From: Octopus sinensis
Lineage: Eukaryota
Assembly: GCF_006345805.1 (NCBI RefSeq)
Contig: NC_043004.1
Coordinates: forward strand, 34,162,001 to 34,226,000
DNA: 64,000 nt
Direction: 5' to 3'
Shown: positions 12,948 to 26,149 of the stretch, piece by piece
Numbering within the stretch: the first letter of the stretch is position 1
Layout of the letters: the number at the start of each line of letters is the position of its first letter
The notes under the pieces: model-generated
Told to the model about the DNA's origin: nothing
The model's input: the letters and a program-made list of their open reading frames with translations, nothing else
Databases searched by the model: none
Translations under genes and position numbers: made by a program

Positions 12948-13158
12948 AGAGTAAACACATAAATGTGAAACAATGTGGAAAAAAGAGTACTCAAATACCA
13001 GTGGTAGAGTAATATGCTTTATTTAAAGCAGCAGAAAATTCAACAAAACCTGTTACTCTGAGTTTCCCGTTTCCGTTCTAGCAAAAACTGTCCGACGAAT
13101 GGAAACGGGAAACTCAGAGTAACAGGTTTTGTTGAATTTTCTGCTGCTTTAAATAAAG
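12946..13158. mobile_element. PLE-type terminal repeat remnant (family P2) forming a palindrome with 62-bp arms
   Basis: Arms 13017-13078 and 13097-13158 (one mismatch), 18-nt spacer. AATAAA follows the HHR-like motif and the element is embedded in (TA)n on both sides. Confidence 0.6.
13084..13130 (+). ncRNA. Candidate minimal type I hammerhead ribozyme (U4C core)
   Basis: aaaactgt-CCGACGA-atggaaacgg-GAAA-ctcagag-TA-acaggtttt. Stem I is 4+4 bp with one bulged G, the cleavage triplet is GUA, and stem II is weak. Confidence 0.45.
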
Positions 13159-13517
13159 TAAATATATATATATATATATATATATATACATGTCTCTCTC
13201 TCCCTCTCTCTTATCTATCTATTTATATATCAGTATTGCTCACACACACACACACACATAAAGTGTACTTTTCTGTGATGGTAAGATCAACTAAAAAAGT
13301 ATTCCATCTGGTGAGAGATAGGTATTATTATTTTAAGGACACAATACATGAATTAAAGTGCTACTAATAGTTCTATAAGTTGAGAAATATCTCAGAAATA
13401 TTCATCAGACACAAACCACATATCACAACAAATAACTAAAAAAAATTGAATGAGAAAAGAAACACGAAAAGTTGAGTAAGAAGCATGTGAAAAATATGGA
13501 AGATTTGTGTGTGTGCA

Positions 13518-13548
<31 letters not shown>

Positions 13549-13900
13549 CTGTTTGATTCTGTAGATTTCTAAAAGAAGGTAATATTTCTAATGATTTAGT
13601 CCAGTGAAGAAATTGGAAAATTCACTACAATGTATTTGTTACTCTCACTTTCACGTTAGAAGTTTTTCTTCAAAGAATGTCATCTTGAAATGACTGTGTG
13701 TATGTATGTGTATGCGTAATGTGTGAATATGTGTGTGCATGCATGTGTATGTGTTTGTCAGTGTGCATATATATGTACATGTGTGTGTATAACAACAATG
13801 GAGGCATGATAAATTTTAATGTCATAGCTTTACACGTACATACACATCAATATCATTATACACATGCACTTAACTATTTGTGCATGTGTGTGTATATATA

Positions 13901-13939
<39 letters not shown>

Positions 13940-14329
13940 TATATACATGCACATACATATGTATATCTTATATACATATATGTGTGTGTATCCGTATATA
14001 GGCACTCTAATGGGGGCACTTAGTGTCTAAATTGCTCTCCTCATAAACGGGATTATCAAATATGTATGAATCAGAACTTATGGAGGGAATCATTAAAATC
14101 CAAAGTGGAGACCATTTTTGAGTGCATTGTAGTCCTTCATTATGGTTGCCAGCAGCAAAGTTCTGCAGCCCTATTTTGTTTGAATCCAGCCTGATTAACT
14201 GATAAAATTTAGGTCAAATAAAACTGATCTCAGATTGATAATTGCTTCTTTAGAGGAGGCCTTTGATAAATGCTGTAAAAAGTAACATGAAGAGGTCATT
14301 ATTATCATCATCATTGTGCTGACAAGGAT

Positions 14330-14530
14330 CATCATCATCATCATGATTTAACACCTGTCATTTTGAGTGCATGGGTTGGATAATTTCAACAAGATCCAGC
14401 ACATCAGAGGGCTGTTTGGGGTTCCAGTGTCTGCTTAGGCATGGTTTCTGTGACTGGATGACTTTTTTAATGCCAACCACTTTACAGAGTGGATTGAACA
14501 CCACTTTCTTTTTAATGGCACCTGTTCTAG
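14330..14530 (-). mobile_element. RTE-type LINE 3' end, degenerate
   Basis: (ATC)n followed by tttaacacctgtcatttt...gcatgggttgg...aatgccaaccactttacagagtg. Confidence 0.6.
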
Positions 14531-16444
14531 CAAGAATAGCTTCATAACTTGCAAGCAAGGCTAAGAGCTCAAAGAAACCCCTATAACTGAAGGAGAAGTG
14601 AAAGTGTGTGATGAATGTAGGTGGAAGAATGAAGTTGGTAAGTGGAGAGGGTGGTGGAGAATTCTGTGATATTCTTTACCAATATTGAAATTAAAAGCAA
14701 GAGATAAGTATCCAAAACAAGCAGTTGGTTAAGAGTTTATCAATAAACTTAACACCATTCTTAGCTTATTAGGATTTTTCGCAACTAAAACTTAAGAACA
14801 TCAACCACAGTTTCAATAAAATGATTAACTTCCAAAAATCAAATTATCTCTTTCAGAATAAAATTGATTAAAAGCAGGACAGCTTTACAACTTTTACTGA
14901 AAACCTTAAGAAATTTTTAAAATGTACTAAAGAAAAAAAACATTTAATAAATGTAAAATGTAAGAGTATGAAGATCTTTTACTCTTCTGAAGTGGCATAA
15001 CATCTCTCTAGAACTAATAATATAATAAAATGTATCTGATAATCTTGTAAAGAGGTTCTTGTTGTTGTTAAGAAGGGCATTCAGTCATAGAAGCAAATGA
15101 AACTCAAGCAGGATGTGGTGCTTTTGACTTTTCTAGATAAACCTTATTCCCAAATATGTGTTGATTCAACTCAAACGAGCAAACATAAAACACGGCAATA
15201 ATTATGCCAATTAGAGAAGTACATGTGTTTATGAAGAGACATAAAATAACAAAATGTCAGAAAAAAATTCCATTGCTGCAAATTTGATCTTTTTACAGAC
15301 CTTATGGAAGCATTATGATTTTGTAAATCTCACTGTAACATGGAATTCTATAATGCAAAATTTATTTTGCCAGTAAATTCTACATTACATGGAAGTCAGA
15401 AAAAGAAGTTTCATGTCAGACTTCCCGGTTATGACAAGACATTCAGGAAGGAAATACTTCTGTAATCACAGAAAATTATTGTATAAATATTGTCATTAAG
15501 AACAACATCTAATTGCTTTCAAACCTCTAATTACTTTGTTGTGTGTTAAAGAAACCATAATAATTAGAGAAGTAGACTTAATAGGCAAATTCACATTGAT
15601 GACAAGAGAGGTGCAAATAAATCTTCTCTTCTTCCGGAACCAATTAAAGCTTCAACATTTTTATTATTCCTTGTAAACGTAAACAATTGACTGTAAAGTA
15701 AAATTTGAACAATAGCTGCCAATGCTGCAAAAATGGCACTTAATGACTTATTATTATTGTTGTTGTTGTTGCTGTTGTTGTGGTTGTTACTTTGCTATGT
15801 TTTTGAGTTGTGATTCTATGTTTTCACAGGAATGACAAACAGCTTCCTTGACTGGACAATCCTGTTGTTTATAAATCTTAACAGCATGAAAATACTTGAG
15901 TAATTCATCCTAATAGCAGATAGATGAAGCGAATAATTCCAATTAGATTGATCAACTTGAAGTGATTCTGATACCAGGTTAGTAAAACTTGTTGGATGTG
16001 AATTCTAGTGATCAGCATTCCTCTGAACCGATTCTAATTCTAGTGGTTGCTGTGTAACATTATTTAATTTGAGTTAGGTTCAGGAGAGACGGTTATTATG
16101 TGATTGCTATTACTATAACTATTGCAACTGTTATTGTGACTATTACAGCTTTTATGGGAACTCAGAACAGCCTTCTGTTGTAATCTTGTTTCAAGGAAAT
16201 TCTTTATAATTTCTTCACCATATTCCATGGAAGATGTTGCTTTAAGACAATAATCTTGGTTGAAATGTTAACGTGCATGAATAAAATCTGTGATTGTATT
16301 TTTATGCATTTGGCTTATGAGTTACAAATAATTTGGGGGCAAAGCCAACACTATTTTTTTTGTTTGTTTTGGTTTAATGTGGACAGACTTCAGTTTATTA
16401 ATGGAATTGGTAAAGGTATTACATGTTTATTAATATTCTTATTC

Positions 16445-16662
16445 TTTTATTCTTTTTCATTTGTTTCAGTTATTTGACTGCGGCCGTGCCGGGGCACTGC
16501 CTTTAATTAAGCAAATTGACCCTAAAACTTATTCTTTGTAAGCCTAGTACTTATTCTATCAGTATCTTTTGGCGAACTGCTAGGTTACAGGGACGTAAAC
16601 ACACCAGCATCGGGTGTCAAGCAATGGTGGAGGGATAAACACAGACATATACACACACATAC

Positions 16663-16701
<39 letters not shown>

Positions 16702-16821
16702 TCATGTGATCACGTGACCAACCAGGCTATCAGATGTTGCTACACATCGCTGGTCACAATGCGCTTCACATTGTTTTTAGCCTTCAAATGACGCCACCCC
16801 GCTGGCTAAGCAAGCAGGCCA

Positions 16822-16898
<77 letters not shown>

Positions 16899-17005
16899 TA
16901 TATATATAGTTTCCGTCTACCAAATACTCTCACAAGGCTTTAGTCAGTCGGAGGCTATAGTAGAAGACACTTACCCAAGGTGCCAGGCAATGGGACTAAA
17001 CACGG
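16445..17005 (-). mobile_element. SINE family A interrupted by a nested family D element
   Basis: 3' half at 16445-16660 and 5' part at 16908-17005. The internal microsatellite is expanded and contains 16701-16822. Confidence 0.8.
16701..16822. mobile_element. Short interspersed element, family D
   Basis: atcatgtgatcacgtgacc...cagatgttgctacacatcgctggtcacaatg...ttagccttcaaatg. Related copies lie in opposite orientation at 39765-39950 and 1-45. Confidence 0.6.
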
Positions 17006-17754
17006 AATATTTGCAGAAATATATTTTATCTATAAGAATTTCATGTCTATTTCCATCCTTGTGATTTTGCTCAAAACACTTAACAATTGCAATACTAAAA
17101 TGACCACTTGACCAGAGCTTAGACAAAGAGTTTGTCAGGTTGAGTGCATTTGTATTTCCTTACACTTGTTGTGTTGGCCTAGTTCTTTGAATGGGCAACA
17201 CCTACTGTTACTGATCTCCAAGAAGCAACAGCTGAACTTCCTTTAAACTGAATCCTACCATCTTATGTACAGTAAAATCGTATCAACATCGTTCATATGA
17301 TATAAATAGTGACATAAAATGTAGTCTTAGACAGACCTACTTCTAAAGAGACAGGTGTTATTGTTGTAATAACTAATCAATCAAAATTGACTTAAGGCTA
17401 AACAAAAGCATGACATGTTAATTATTCACTGATTACTCACTAATTACACAATTTACAGAAGGGATCTTTATTAATTTATGATAGATGTTCTCTGTCTTGG
17501 CAACACAGAACTGTGAACTGAGATTGTAAGAAACATTTACAATGTATTTTAAAGATTTTTGGTGAATTTTGGACAGAAAGCTAAAAACTGCTTCAAAAAT
17601 ATATCTTTATACATTTGGGTAAATTTGAGCCTGAATATATGATGGCTGTTTCAATTCTCACTGTTCTGCAATGCACCCCATGAATTCAAAATTAATGATG
17701 CACTTTACATGGAAAGCTAAAAAATACAGGAGAATTGTGCATGTTTTATTTTTT

Positions 17755-18145
17755 ATCATTTACTTGTTTTATCCAGTAAATTGTGGCCATGCTGGGGCAC
17801 TATCTTGAAGGGTTTAACTGAATGAATTGACCCCAAAGCCTGGTAATTATTCTATCGGTCTTTTGAATTGACCCCAAAGCCTGGTAATTATTCTATCGGT
17901 CTTTTGTGCTGAACTGTGAAGTTATAGAGATGTAAAATAACGAACACCATTTGTCAAGGGTGAGGGCAAACACACACACACACACATATATATATATATG
18001 ATAGACTTCTTTACAATTTCCAGCTCCCAAATCCACTCATAAAAGGCTTTGGTCAGCTTGAGACTATGTGGAATACTCTTGCCCAAAGTGCTACACAATG
18101 GGATTGAACCCAAAGCCACATGGATGGAAAGCAGACTTCTTACCA
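17755..18145 (-). mobile_element. SINE family A, diverged, with a 41-bp internal tandem duplication
   Basis: gaattgaccccaaagcctggtaattattctatcggtctttt occurs twice, at 17824 and 17865. Confidence 0.75.
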
Positions 18146-18674
18146 CAAAATGAACAAAAAACTATGTTTCAAAGCCTAAAACATAGAAAACAGTGAAAGC
18201 TATTGTTTCGCTTGGTCTATTAATAACACCTGTTTATTGTTATACCTGTGTATAATAATAAAATTATGAATAATACATTGTTTGAGATATTTAAACAATC
18301 ATTAAACATTTTCTTTTCTGAAACCTTAAATAATATTTTTTTAATATATCTGTGACACTCTGAGGTGCCCAATGTGTTGCTCTATTATGCTGAGGCACCC
18401 CAAGGTATCCTTTGTCTTGCACCATTATGCCATAGCATTACATTTAATTATCAAAACCTTATGATATCAATTTGCTTTTATTTCTTCTGTCAGTGACCGA
18501 GTTATTGATTATAGAAACAACAGATTGTTGAAGAATAAATATAATAAACTTTAGATCTTTGGAAAATATTCTGTTTATTTAATCAGATAGGGGTTCACTT
18601 TGAATCAAAATTGAAAAGATTTTATTTCAAGGAGTTAAAGCATCCATTCACACACACACTCTCACACACATACA

Positions 18675-18733
<59 letters not shown>

Positions 18734-18786
18734 CACACACACACACACACTTTTTGTATACACAAATGATTATACTATGATAGATG

Positions 18787-19575
18787 CATGCATGGCTGTG
18801 TGGTAAGAAGCTTGCTTCCCAACCACGTGGTTCTGGGTTCAGTTCCACTGTGTGACATCTTGGGCAAGTCACTTCTGCTATAGACTCAAACTGACCAAAG
18901 CCTTGTGAATGGATTTGGTAAACAGAAAGAAGCCTGTTGTGTATATATGTGTGTGTGTGTGTGTCTGTGTTTGTCCCCCACCACTGCTTTATAACCGGTG
19001 CTGGTGTGTTTACATCACTGTAACATACCAGCTTGGTTAAAGAGACAGATAGAATAAGTACCAAGTTTTAAAAAGAATAAATACTGGGACTGAACCATTT
19101 GACTAAAAATTCTCCCAAGGTGGTGCCCCAGCATGGCCACATTCTAATGACTCAAATAAATAAATGTAAAAAGAATACTATACATAGGCATAGGAGTTGC
19201 TGTGTGGTAAGTAGCTTACTTACGAACCATATGCTTCCGGGTTCAGCCCCACTGTGTGGCACCTTGGACAAGTGTCTTCTACTATAGCCTTGGACCAACC
19301 AAAGCCTTGTGAGTGGATTTGGTGGACAGAAACTTAAAGAAGCCCGTCATATATATATATGTATATGTTTGTGTATCTGTGTTTGTCCCCCCAACATCGC
19401 TCGACAACCGATGCTGGTGTGTTTACATCCCTGTAACTTAGTGGTTCGGCAAAAGAGTCCGATAGAATAAATACTAGGCTTGCAAAGAATTAGTCCTGGG
19501 GTCGATTTGCTTGACTAAAGGTGGTGCTCCAGCATGGCCATAGTCACATGACTGAAACAAGTAAAAGTAAAAGAG
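18787..19575 (+). mobile_element. Two adjacent SINE family A copies (about 18787-19170 and 19186-19575)
   Basis: Both have the catggctgtgtggtaag-like head, the internal microsatellite and the ccagcatggcc...gtaaaaga tail. Confidence 0.85.
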
Positions 19576-20789
19576 TATAACCTTTTTGACCAAAGATAAT
19601 GCTAAGTAAGTATTACATCTGACCTTCAGTAAAAGCAGCTGTAGTATGATTCTTTACATCTCTCTCTCTCTCTCTCTTTCTATCAATCTATTCATCTATC
19701 TATATAGGTGTGTGTGTGTGTGTATGTGCGTGTGCATGTGTGGACTTCTACTGGTCATTGAGATCACTACTTCTATCTCTTGGCTTACTCTGTTGAAAGT
19801 GAATGAGAGTCAATAATACAAAAATATTGTATGTAATTTCCTGCAGGAAGTCTTCAACACAGAGCTGCAACTAATAGTTGGTAAATTACTGTTTATAGCA
19901 GTGAATCAGATCATCCTGTGGTACTTTTTTACTGGCAGGTGGGCAATTCCAATGTAATTTAAGTATCTAAGTAAGCTACAAATGTTATGCAATGCCAAAG
20001 ATAACAGACAATGTGCCAACAATTCTACCGGTTGTCAAATATGCTACTAAACTACAATCCAGTTTCTATTAGTGAAACATATGAAATACAGTTGCAGCTA
20101 TACTGGAAAATATTTTGTGAAGAATTGCAGTTTCAGAAACCATCGTAAAGCCAAGGAGCGAGAATGCAAAGTTAAGCTGTAACTACTGTTACAAGAGAAG
20201 TGTCTGCAGTTGACATGAGAAATTATACAAGTTAAAGGAGAATGAACACACGGTATTGATGGGTGACTCAGTCAGTGAACCTATTCACAGCAGAAGACCA
20301 ATAGGGCAGTCCGTAATTAAATTTACTACAATCACTCCAGTGTTCTTGCTTTTGGGACATTGATATACTGATTAAAATAACTTTCAGCACTGCGGAAATC
20401 AATAAGTTTAGTGAAATCCAACTACAGCAAAGGTTAAAATGCTGACGGCATGCATATGTAAGCTCAACACAGCTCGATACTTAACTCCAAAGAAATATAT
20501 TTTAATAAGAAGTAATGACATCGGAACATTCTGAAGATTCTAATAACAGATAAAATTAAACTAAAAATTAATGGTTGGTGTGTTGCAGGCATGGCTGAGT
20601 GAATAGAAAGCTTGATTTGCAACCATGTGGTTTCAGGTTCAGTCCCACAGTGTGACATCAGGGGCAAGTGTCTTGTGAGTAAATTTGGTAGAGAGAAACT
20701 CTGCAGAAGCCTGTATGTATGTATCTGTGTGTGTGTGTGTGTATAATATCATCATCATCATCTAATGATAAATATATGTATATCATATA

Positions 20790-21039
20790 TAGGTGCAGGG
20801 ATGGCTGTGTGGTAAGTAGCTTGCTTCCCAACCACATGGTTCCGGGTTCAGTCCCACTGCATGACACATTGGGCAAGTGTCTTTGGCTGACAAAAGCCTT
20901 GTGAGTGAATCTGATGGACGGAAACTGAAAGCCCATCGTATATATATATATATATATATATATACATACGATATATATATTATATTATATTTAATACTAA
21001 ATTGGATTTCCCCTGTAAGTTTGGAGTTATATTCCCTAA

Positions 21040-21107
<68 letters not shown>

Positions 21108-21375
21108 TACATATATATATATATATATGTATGTATATGTATGCATGTATGTGTGTGTGTGTATGTGTGTATGTGTGTGTGTGTATTTGTCCCCCATCAT
21201 CGCTTGACAACTAATGTTGGTGTGTATATGTCCCGTAACTTAGTGGTTTGGCAAAAGAGACGAATAGAATAAGTATTAGGCTTACAAAGAATAGGTCCTG
21301 GTGTTGATTTCGCTGTCTAAAGGTGGTGCTCTAGCATGGCCGAAGTCAAATGACTGAAACAAATAAGAGAATAAA
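20790..21375 (+). mobile_element. SINE family A with expanded internal (TA)/(ATT)n tract
   Basis: Head at 20790-20940, (ATT)n at 21037-21106, 3' half at 21180-21375. A further head fragment is at 20585-20715. Confidence 0.8.
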
Positions 21376-22244
21376 AGAATACTGTATATGCATGTATGTA
21401 TGTATGTATGTATGTATGTATGTGTGTGTGTGTATCTATGTATGTATGTATTTATGCATGTAGGCATGTATATGGGTGTGTATGTGTATATTGTGTTTGT
21501 GCTCAAATGATTGATAACCAATATCGGTCAGTTTATATCTCTATAACTGAATGGTTTTCCAAAAGAGACTGATAGAATAATCACCAGACTTCAATATATT
21601 TACAGCTGTTACTTTCTTCAACTAAACTCTTCAAAGTGGTGGCCCTGGCAGGGTTGCACTCCAAGGAGAAAACCAAGTGGAAGAATTCAAGAAAATTTTC
21701 TCAGTTTATATTGAATGCAATTTGAAACAGCTAGATACAAATCAACATCACTCATAGCAATTCTTGAGAGACTTTGGACCTGGAAATTGCATGACACTCA
21801 AATATACTTTGCAAATTTTTTTAAAATAAAAACGAAATCTTCCAAGAAATGTTTTGCAGTGGATCCACATTGTAGAATATAGTCGAGTAGTGAAGATACC
21901 TTTGGAACCTAGGGTTGGATATGGTCACCAGATTAAAGACAGCATTAAAGACGTTACAGTATTTAAATTTAGTTCTATGCTACAAGTTGAAATCCTACAT
22001 TGATTGGTTTTGACTTTCATCCTTTTGGAATCAATAAAATGGCAAAAAGAAAAATCAATTTACACCAATGTGATTCTTCGTTCAAAAAACTGATCTTGAT
22101 TTCATTAAAAATCATCATTCCATTATTAAACTAAGTTTTGCTGAAATGGTAAGACAGAAGAACAATTCGTTTTCGACAACATAGAGTCCTGAGTTCAAAT
22201 CCTTCTAGGGTCGACATTCATCTGAACTGAGATTAATAAATACA

Positions 22245-22600
22245 TTCGAGCTTTGGTGTTGGAGAAGACTTTTACGGATTCCATGGACAGCGAGGCTCAC
22301 CAATGGAGAAGTTCTTAAGCAGATCAGGCCAAAAATGTCACTAGAAGCTAGGATCACCAAGCATAGATTGGCATATTTCGGTCATATTATGCGGAGAAAA
22401 TCCCTGGAGAAGGACATCATGCTCGGAATGGTCAGTGGCAAGAGAGGAAGAGGCCGACCAAGAACCTGCTGGCTTGACACCATCAAGAGTGATACCGGAA
22501 TGGACATAGCCAATCTGAAAGAAACGGCCCAGGATAGAACTGACTGGAGGACACTGATCCATCGAGTAACTGAGAGTTGACTTCGACTGAGCAGATAGAT
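22245..22600 (+). mobile_element. BovB-like RTE LINE, 3' fragment
   Basis: Open frame FELWCWRRLLRIPWTARLTNGEVLKQIRPKMSLEARITKHRLAYFGHIMRRKSLEKDIMLGMVSGKRGRGRPRTCWLDTIK...AQDRTDWR, followed by a short (AGAT)n tail. Confidence 0.9.
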
Positions 22601-23125
22601 AGGGTGGTAAAGAAATAGGTAACAGCCATTAATTTTCAGTAGAGTTACTATTTACATCTCTTATAAAGATTTTAGAACTTGCTATTATAATTCTTATTTC
22701 CTTTGCATATATTTTCGTGCATCTCAAAATAATGTCTGCAACTCTGAGAGTCTGCTGATGCTGCTAGTATTTTGGTTTGTATATGTTTGTTTTGCTGAAA
22801 TTCTGAGAGGCTGGTTTTTTGGATGGTATTGTAGTAGACTTTTCATTTTGGTTGGTGGTGCAGGAACTGTGCATGTAGTGACAGAGATGGTGAGGGCTGA
22901 AAGCAGTTCTATTAACAAGCTGAGCCTCTCATGTATGTAAGTGACCACCATGTTTACTAATTCAGTTCCTTGCATGTATTGATGGGGTTCACAACAAACA
23001 ACGATGAAGATGATGATGGTGATGTTCAATGCTACGAGTATTTTGTAACTTGTTTTTGTAGAGAGGAGAGAAGACCTAAACAGGACTGTCAGCATCCATT
23101 TTAGAATTTATATATTCTTTATAAA

Positions 23126-23500
23126 CAGGCATGGCTGTGTGGTAAGAAGTTTGTTTCCTAACCACATGGTTCTAGGTTCAGATCCACTGCATGCCACTTT
23201 CGATAAGTGTCTTCTAATATAGCCCCAGGCTGACCAAAGCCTTGTAAGAGGATTTGGTAGATGGAAACTGAAAGAATTCTGCTGTGTATATGTGTGTGTG
23301 TGTGTCTTATTATCTTTGTTTTTTTCCCCTCCCACTGCATGACAACCGGTGTAGGTGTGTTTACATCCCCATAACTTAGTAGTTTGGCAAAAGAGACAGG
23401 TAGGATGTGTACCAAGCTTGAAAGAAAATATACTGGGGTTGATTTGTTTGGCTAAAAAGATTTCTTCAAAGCAGTCCTCCACATGGCTTCAGTCTAAGAT
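23126..23500 (+). mobile_element. SINE family A, diverged
   Basis: caggcatggctgtgtggtaagaag head through the 3' domain. Confidence 0.8.
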
Positions 23501-23514
23501 TAAAACATTATCAT

Positions 23515-23812
23515 CATCATCATCATCGTTTAACGTCCGTTTTTCCATGCTAGCATGGGCTGGATGGTTCGACCGGGGTCTGGGAAGCCAGGAGGCTGCA
23601 CCAAGCCCAGTCTGATCTGGCAGCGTTTCTACAGTTGGATGCTCTTCCTAACACCAACCACTCCGTGAGTGTAGTGGGTCCTTTTATGTGCCACTGGCAC
23701 AGGTGCCAGGCAAGGCTGGCAATGACCACGATCGGTTGGTGCTTTTTACATGCCGCCGGCACGGAGGCCAGTCAAGGCGGCGCTGGCAACGGCCACATTC
23801 GGATGGTTAAAA
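23515..23812 (-). mobile_element. RTE-type LINE 3' end, well preserved
   Basis: (ATC)n-gtttaacgtccgttttccatgctagcatggg...; CpG-rich, so probably young. Confidence 0.85.
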
Positions 23813-24870
23813 GATAAAAAAGTAGGGCTGCAATTTCTGTGTTGGCCAAATATCTTCCTTGGCTGGCTTTTATCATGCTTGGACATCATTCTGCTTCCTT
23901 TGCAGTCTTTTAAATGTCAATATCTATTTAGTTCCATTCATGTAAATATAGTTTCAAAAGAGTCAATTGTTGTAATTATATATCTGTGTCTCAAGATACG
24001 CCTTGAACATACAGACCTATGGTCAAAGACGTTCTAAGTGATCAGACAGGGTGGTCATCTCTAGCACTCTTTGATCATAGCTCTGTATGGTCAGATATAG
24101 ACTTAAAAGAGTCAGTTGTTGTTATGTATTTGTGGCTCAAGATAAGCCTTGACCATACAGGCCTATGATCAAATACATTCTAGCCAGGACCACTCTGTCT
24201 GATCATCTTTTTCCCTACACAGTATACCTAGGACTATATTATCTAACAAGCTTTTTCATAACATGGTAGGGTGTGATTTGTGGAAGATCTGGTTGTTTCT
24301 TTTCTGGCAGTTTGAGCGACCTTATTGAGGATCCCAGATTTACCTCCGTCCATTTTGTACGCATAAAATATCTTGTTCTTTATTTAATATAGAGAATATT
24401 TATTTTACTCTGCTCAGCTTCACTTTTTCCTGTATCGACCCGCCATGAATAGAGATGCAGTAAATCATTAAAAAAATCATAGAATTAAAATTCTAATTGT
24501 TTGTTATATATAAAAGAAACACCCCATAATACATTGAAATACATCAAAACCTATGAATTTTTTAGCAGATTGTTATCATAGGTTATTAAAAGAAAAAAAT
24601 TTGCAGTAACATTTGTATAAGATACATGTAACTGCACACATGAAAAAATAAATAGAATATTTGTTTTCAATTATATATATGATTAAATATGGAACATATG
24701 AATTATTGATATTGTTGTTGTTGTTGTGTGTGTGTGTGTGTATACACAGTACACACATGCATATACATAATATATATGATACATACACACATGCATATAT
24801 ATATGCATAGGTGTTTGTATGGGTGTATATATATATACATATATATATATACATATATATATATATATGC

Positions 24871-24903
<33 letters not shown>

Positions 24904-25315
24904 CATATATATACACATATATATATCTACACATATAGGTGTGTGCGTTTGTATAAATATAAATATGTACACACACACACACACACACACCACACACAAA
25001 CACACACACACACATATATATACATGTTTATGTATTTGGTTTGCAAAATTCCTGATGTGAAATTGTGTGTTAGAACAGATATTGTTATATTTCAGGATGG
25101 TCATTTAAAAAAACTACTATGGTAGAGAGAGAGAGAGAGAGAGAGAGAGATACATGTATATAAATATATATATATATATGTATATATATGTGTGTGTATA
25201 AATATATATATGACTGTATTTATATATGTAGGACATATACAGAAGGAAGCAAAACTGAAAATAGTTAGATGAACATTCATGAATAAGCGTAGAAATATCT
25301 ATATCTATATAAGTA

Positions 25316-25732
25316 GGCGCAGGAGTGGCTGTGTGGTAAGTAGCTTGCTAACCAACCACATGGTTCCGGGTTCATCCCACTGCGTGGCATCTTAGACAAG
25401 TGTCTTCTGCTATAGCCCCGGGCCGACCAATGCCTTGTGAGTGGATTTGGTAGACGGAAACTGAAAGAAGCCTGTCGTATATATGTATATATATATATGT
25501 ATGTGTGTGTGTGTGTTTGTGTGTCTGTGTTTGTCTCCCTAGCATTGCCTGACAACCGATGTTGGTGTGTTTACGTCCCCGTCACTTAGCGGTTCGGCAA
25601 AAGAGACCGATAGAATAAGTACTGGGCTTACAAAGTATAAGTTCCAGGGTCGATTTGCTCGACTAAAGGCGGTGCTCCAGCATGGCCGCAGTCAAATGAC
25701 TGAAACAAGTAAAAGAGTAAAGAGAAAAAGAG
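25316..25732 (+). mobile_element. tRNA-derived SINE family A, near-intact reference copy
   Basis: GGCGCAGGAGTGGCTGTGTGG (A box), GGTTCATCCC (B-box-like), internal (TA)(TG) tract and (gtaaaaga)n tail. Octopus OK/OR-type SINEs are the likely match, but I cannot assign the name from sequence alone. Confidence 0.92.
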
Positions 25733-26149
25733 TATATTTATTGAACAAATTTACTTGGAGTACAAAATGTGCAAAAAACTAAAGGAAGAGGATAAAAAAA
25801 TCAAAGATATGCAACCAGTTGTGGACGCATACAAGCATTACTGTAAACAAGACCCCTGTCTTCAGTGTTGAATGACTAACAACCTCCAAAACACCTAATA
25901 TATTCAAAATTTGCAGTGTTTGGTAATAATGAACACACTACTTTGCAAAGCACACCAGAACATAATATATTTCATCTTTCATTGGCTCAAACAAAGACAA
26001 CACGTTGCCATTTTAAGTTGGATCACAAAAATATTATGCTGACCTGGTATTCATGCTATTTGGCTTAATATTATTATCATCATTATTTTGTGCGTGTGCA
26101 TGCATTTTTGTGTGTGTGTGTGTGGTGTGTTTTTGTGTTTACCCTTGTA

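Noticed and set aside
13385-13420. CTGATGA on the minus strand (other isolated CTGANGA words at about 8092, 20530, 50215 and 52735)
   Set aside because: No stem II followed by GAAA and UH; expected by chance.
25316-25390. tRNA gene (also at 53215-53288)
   Set aside because: A/B boxes are present, but the cloverleaf is incomplete and the sequence continues into SINE body.
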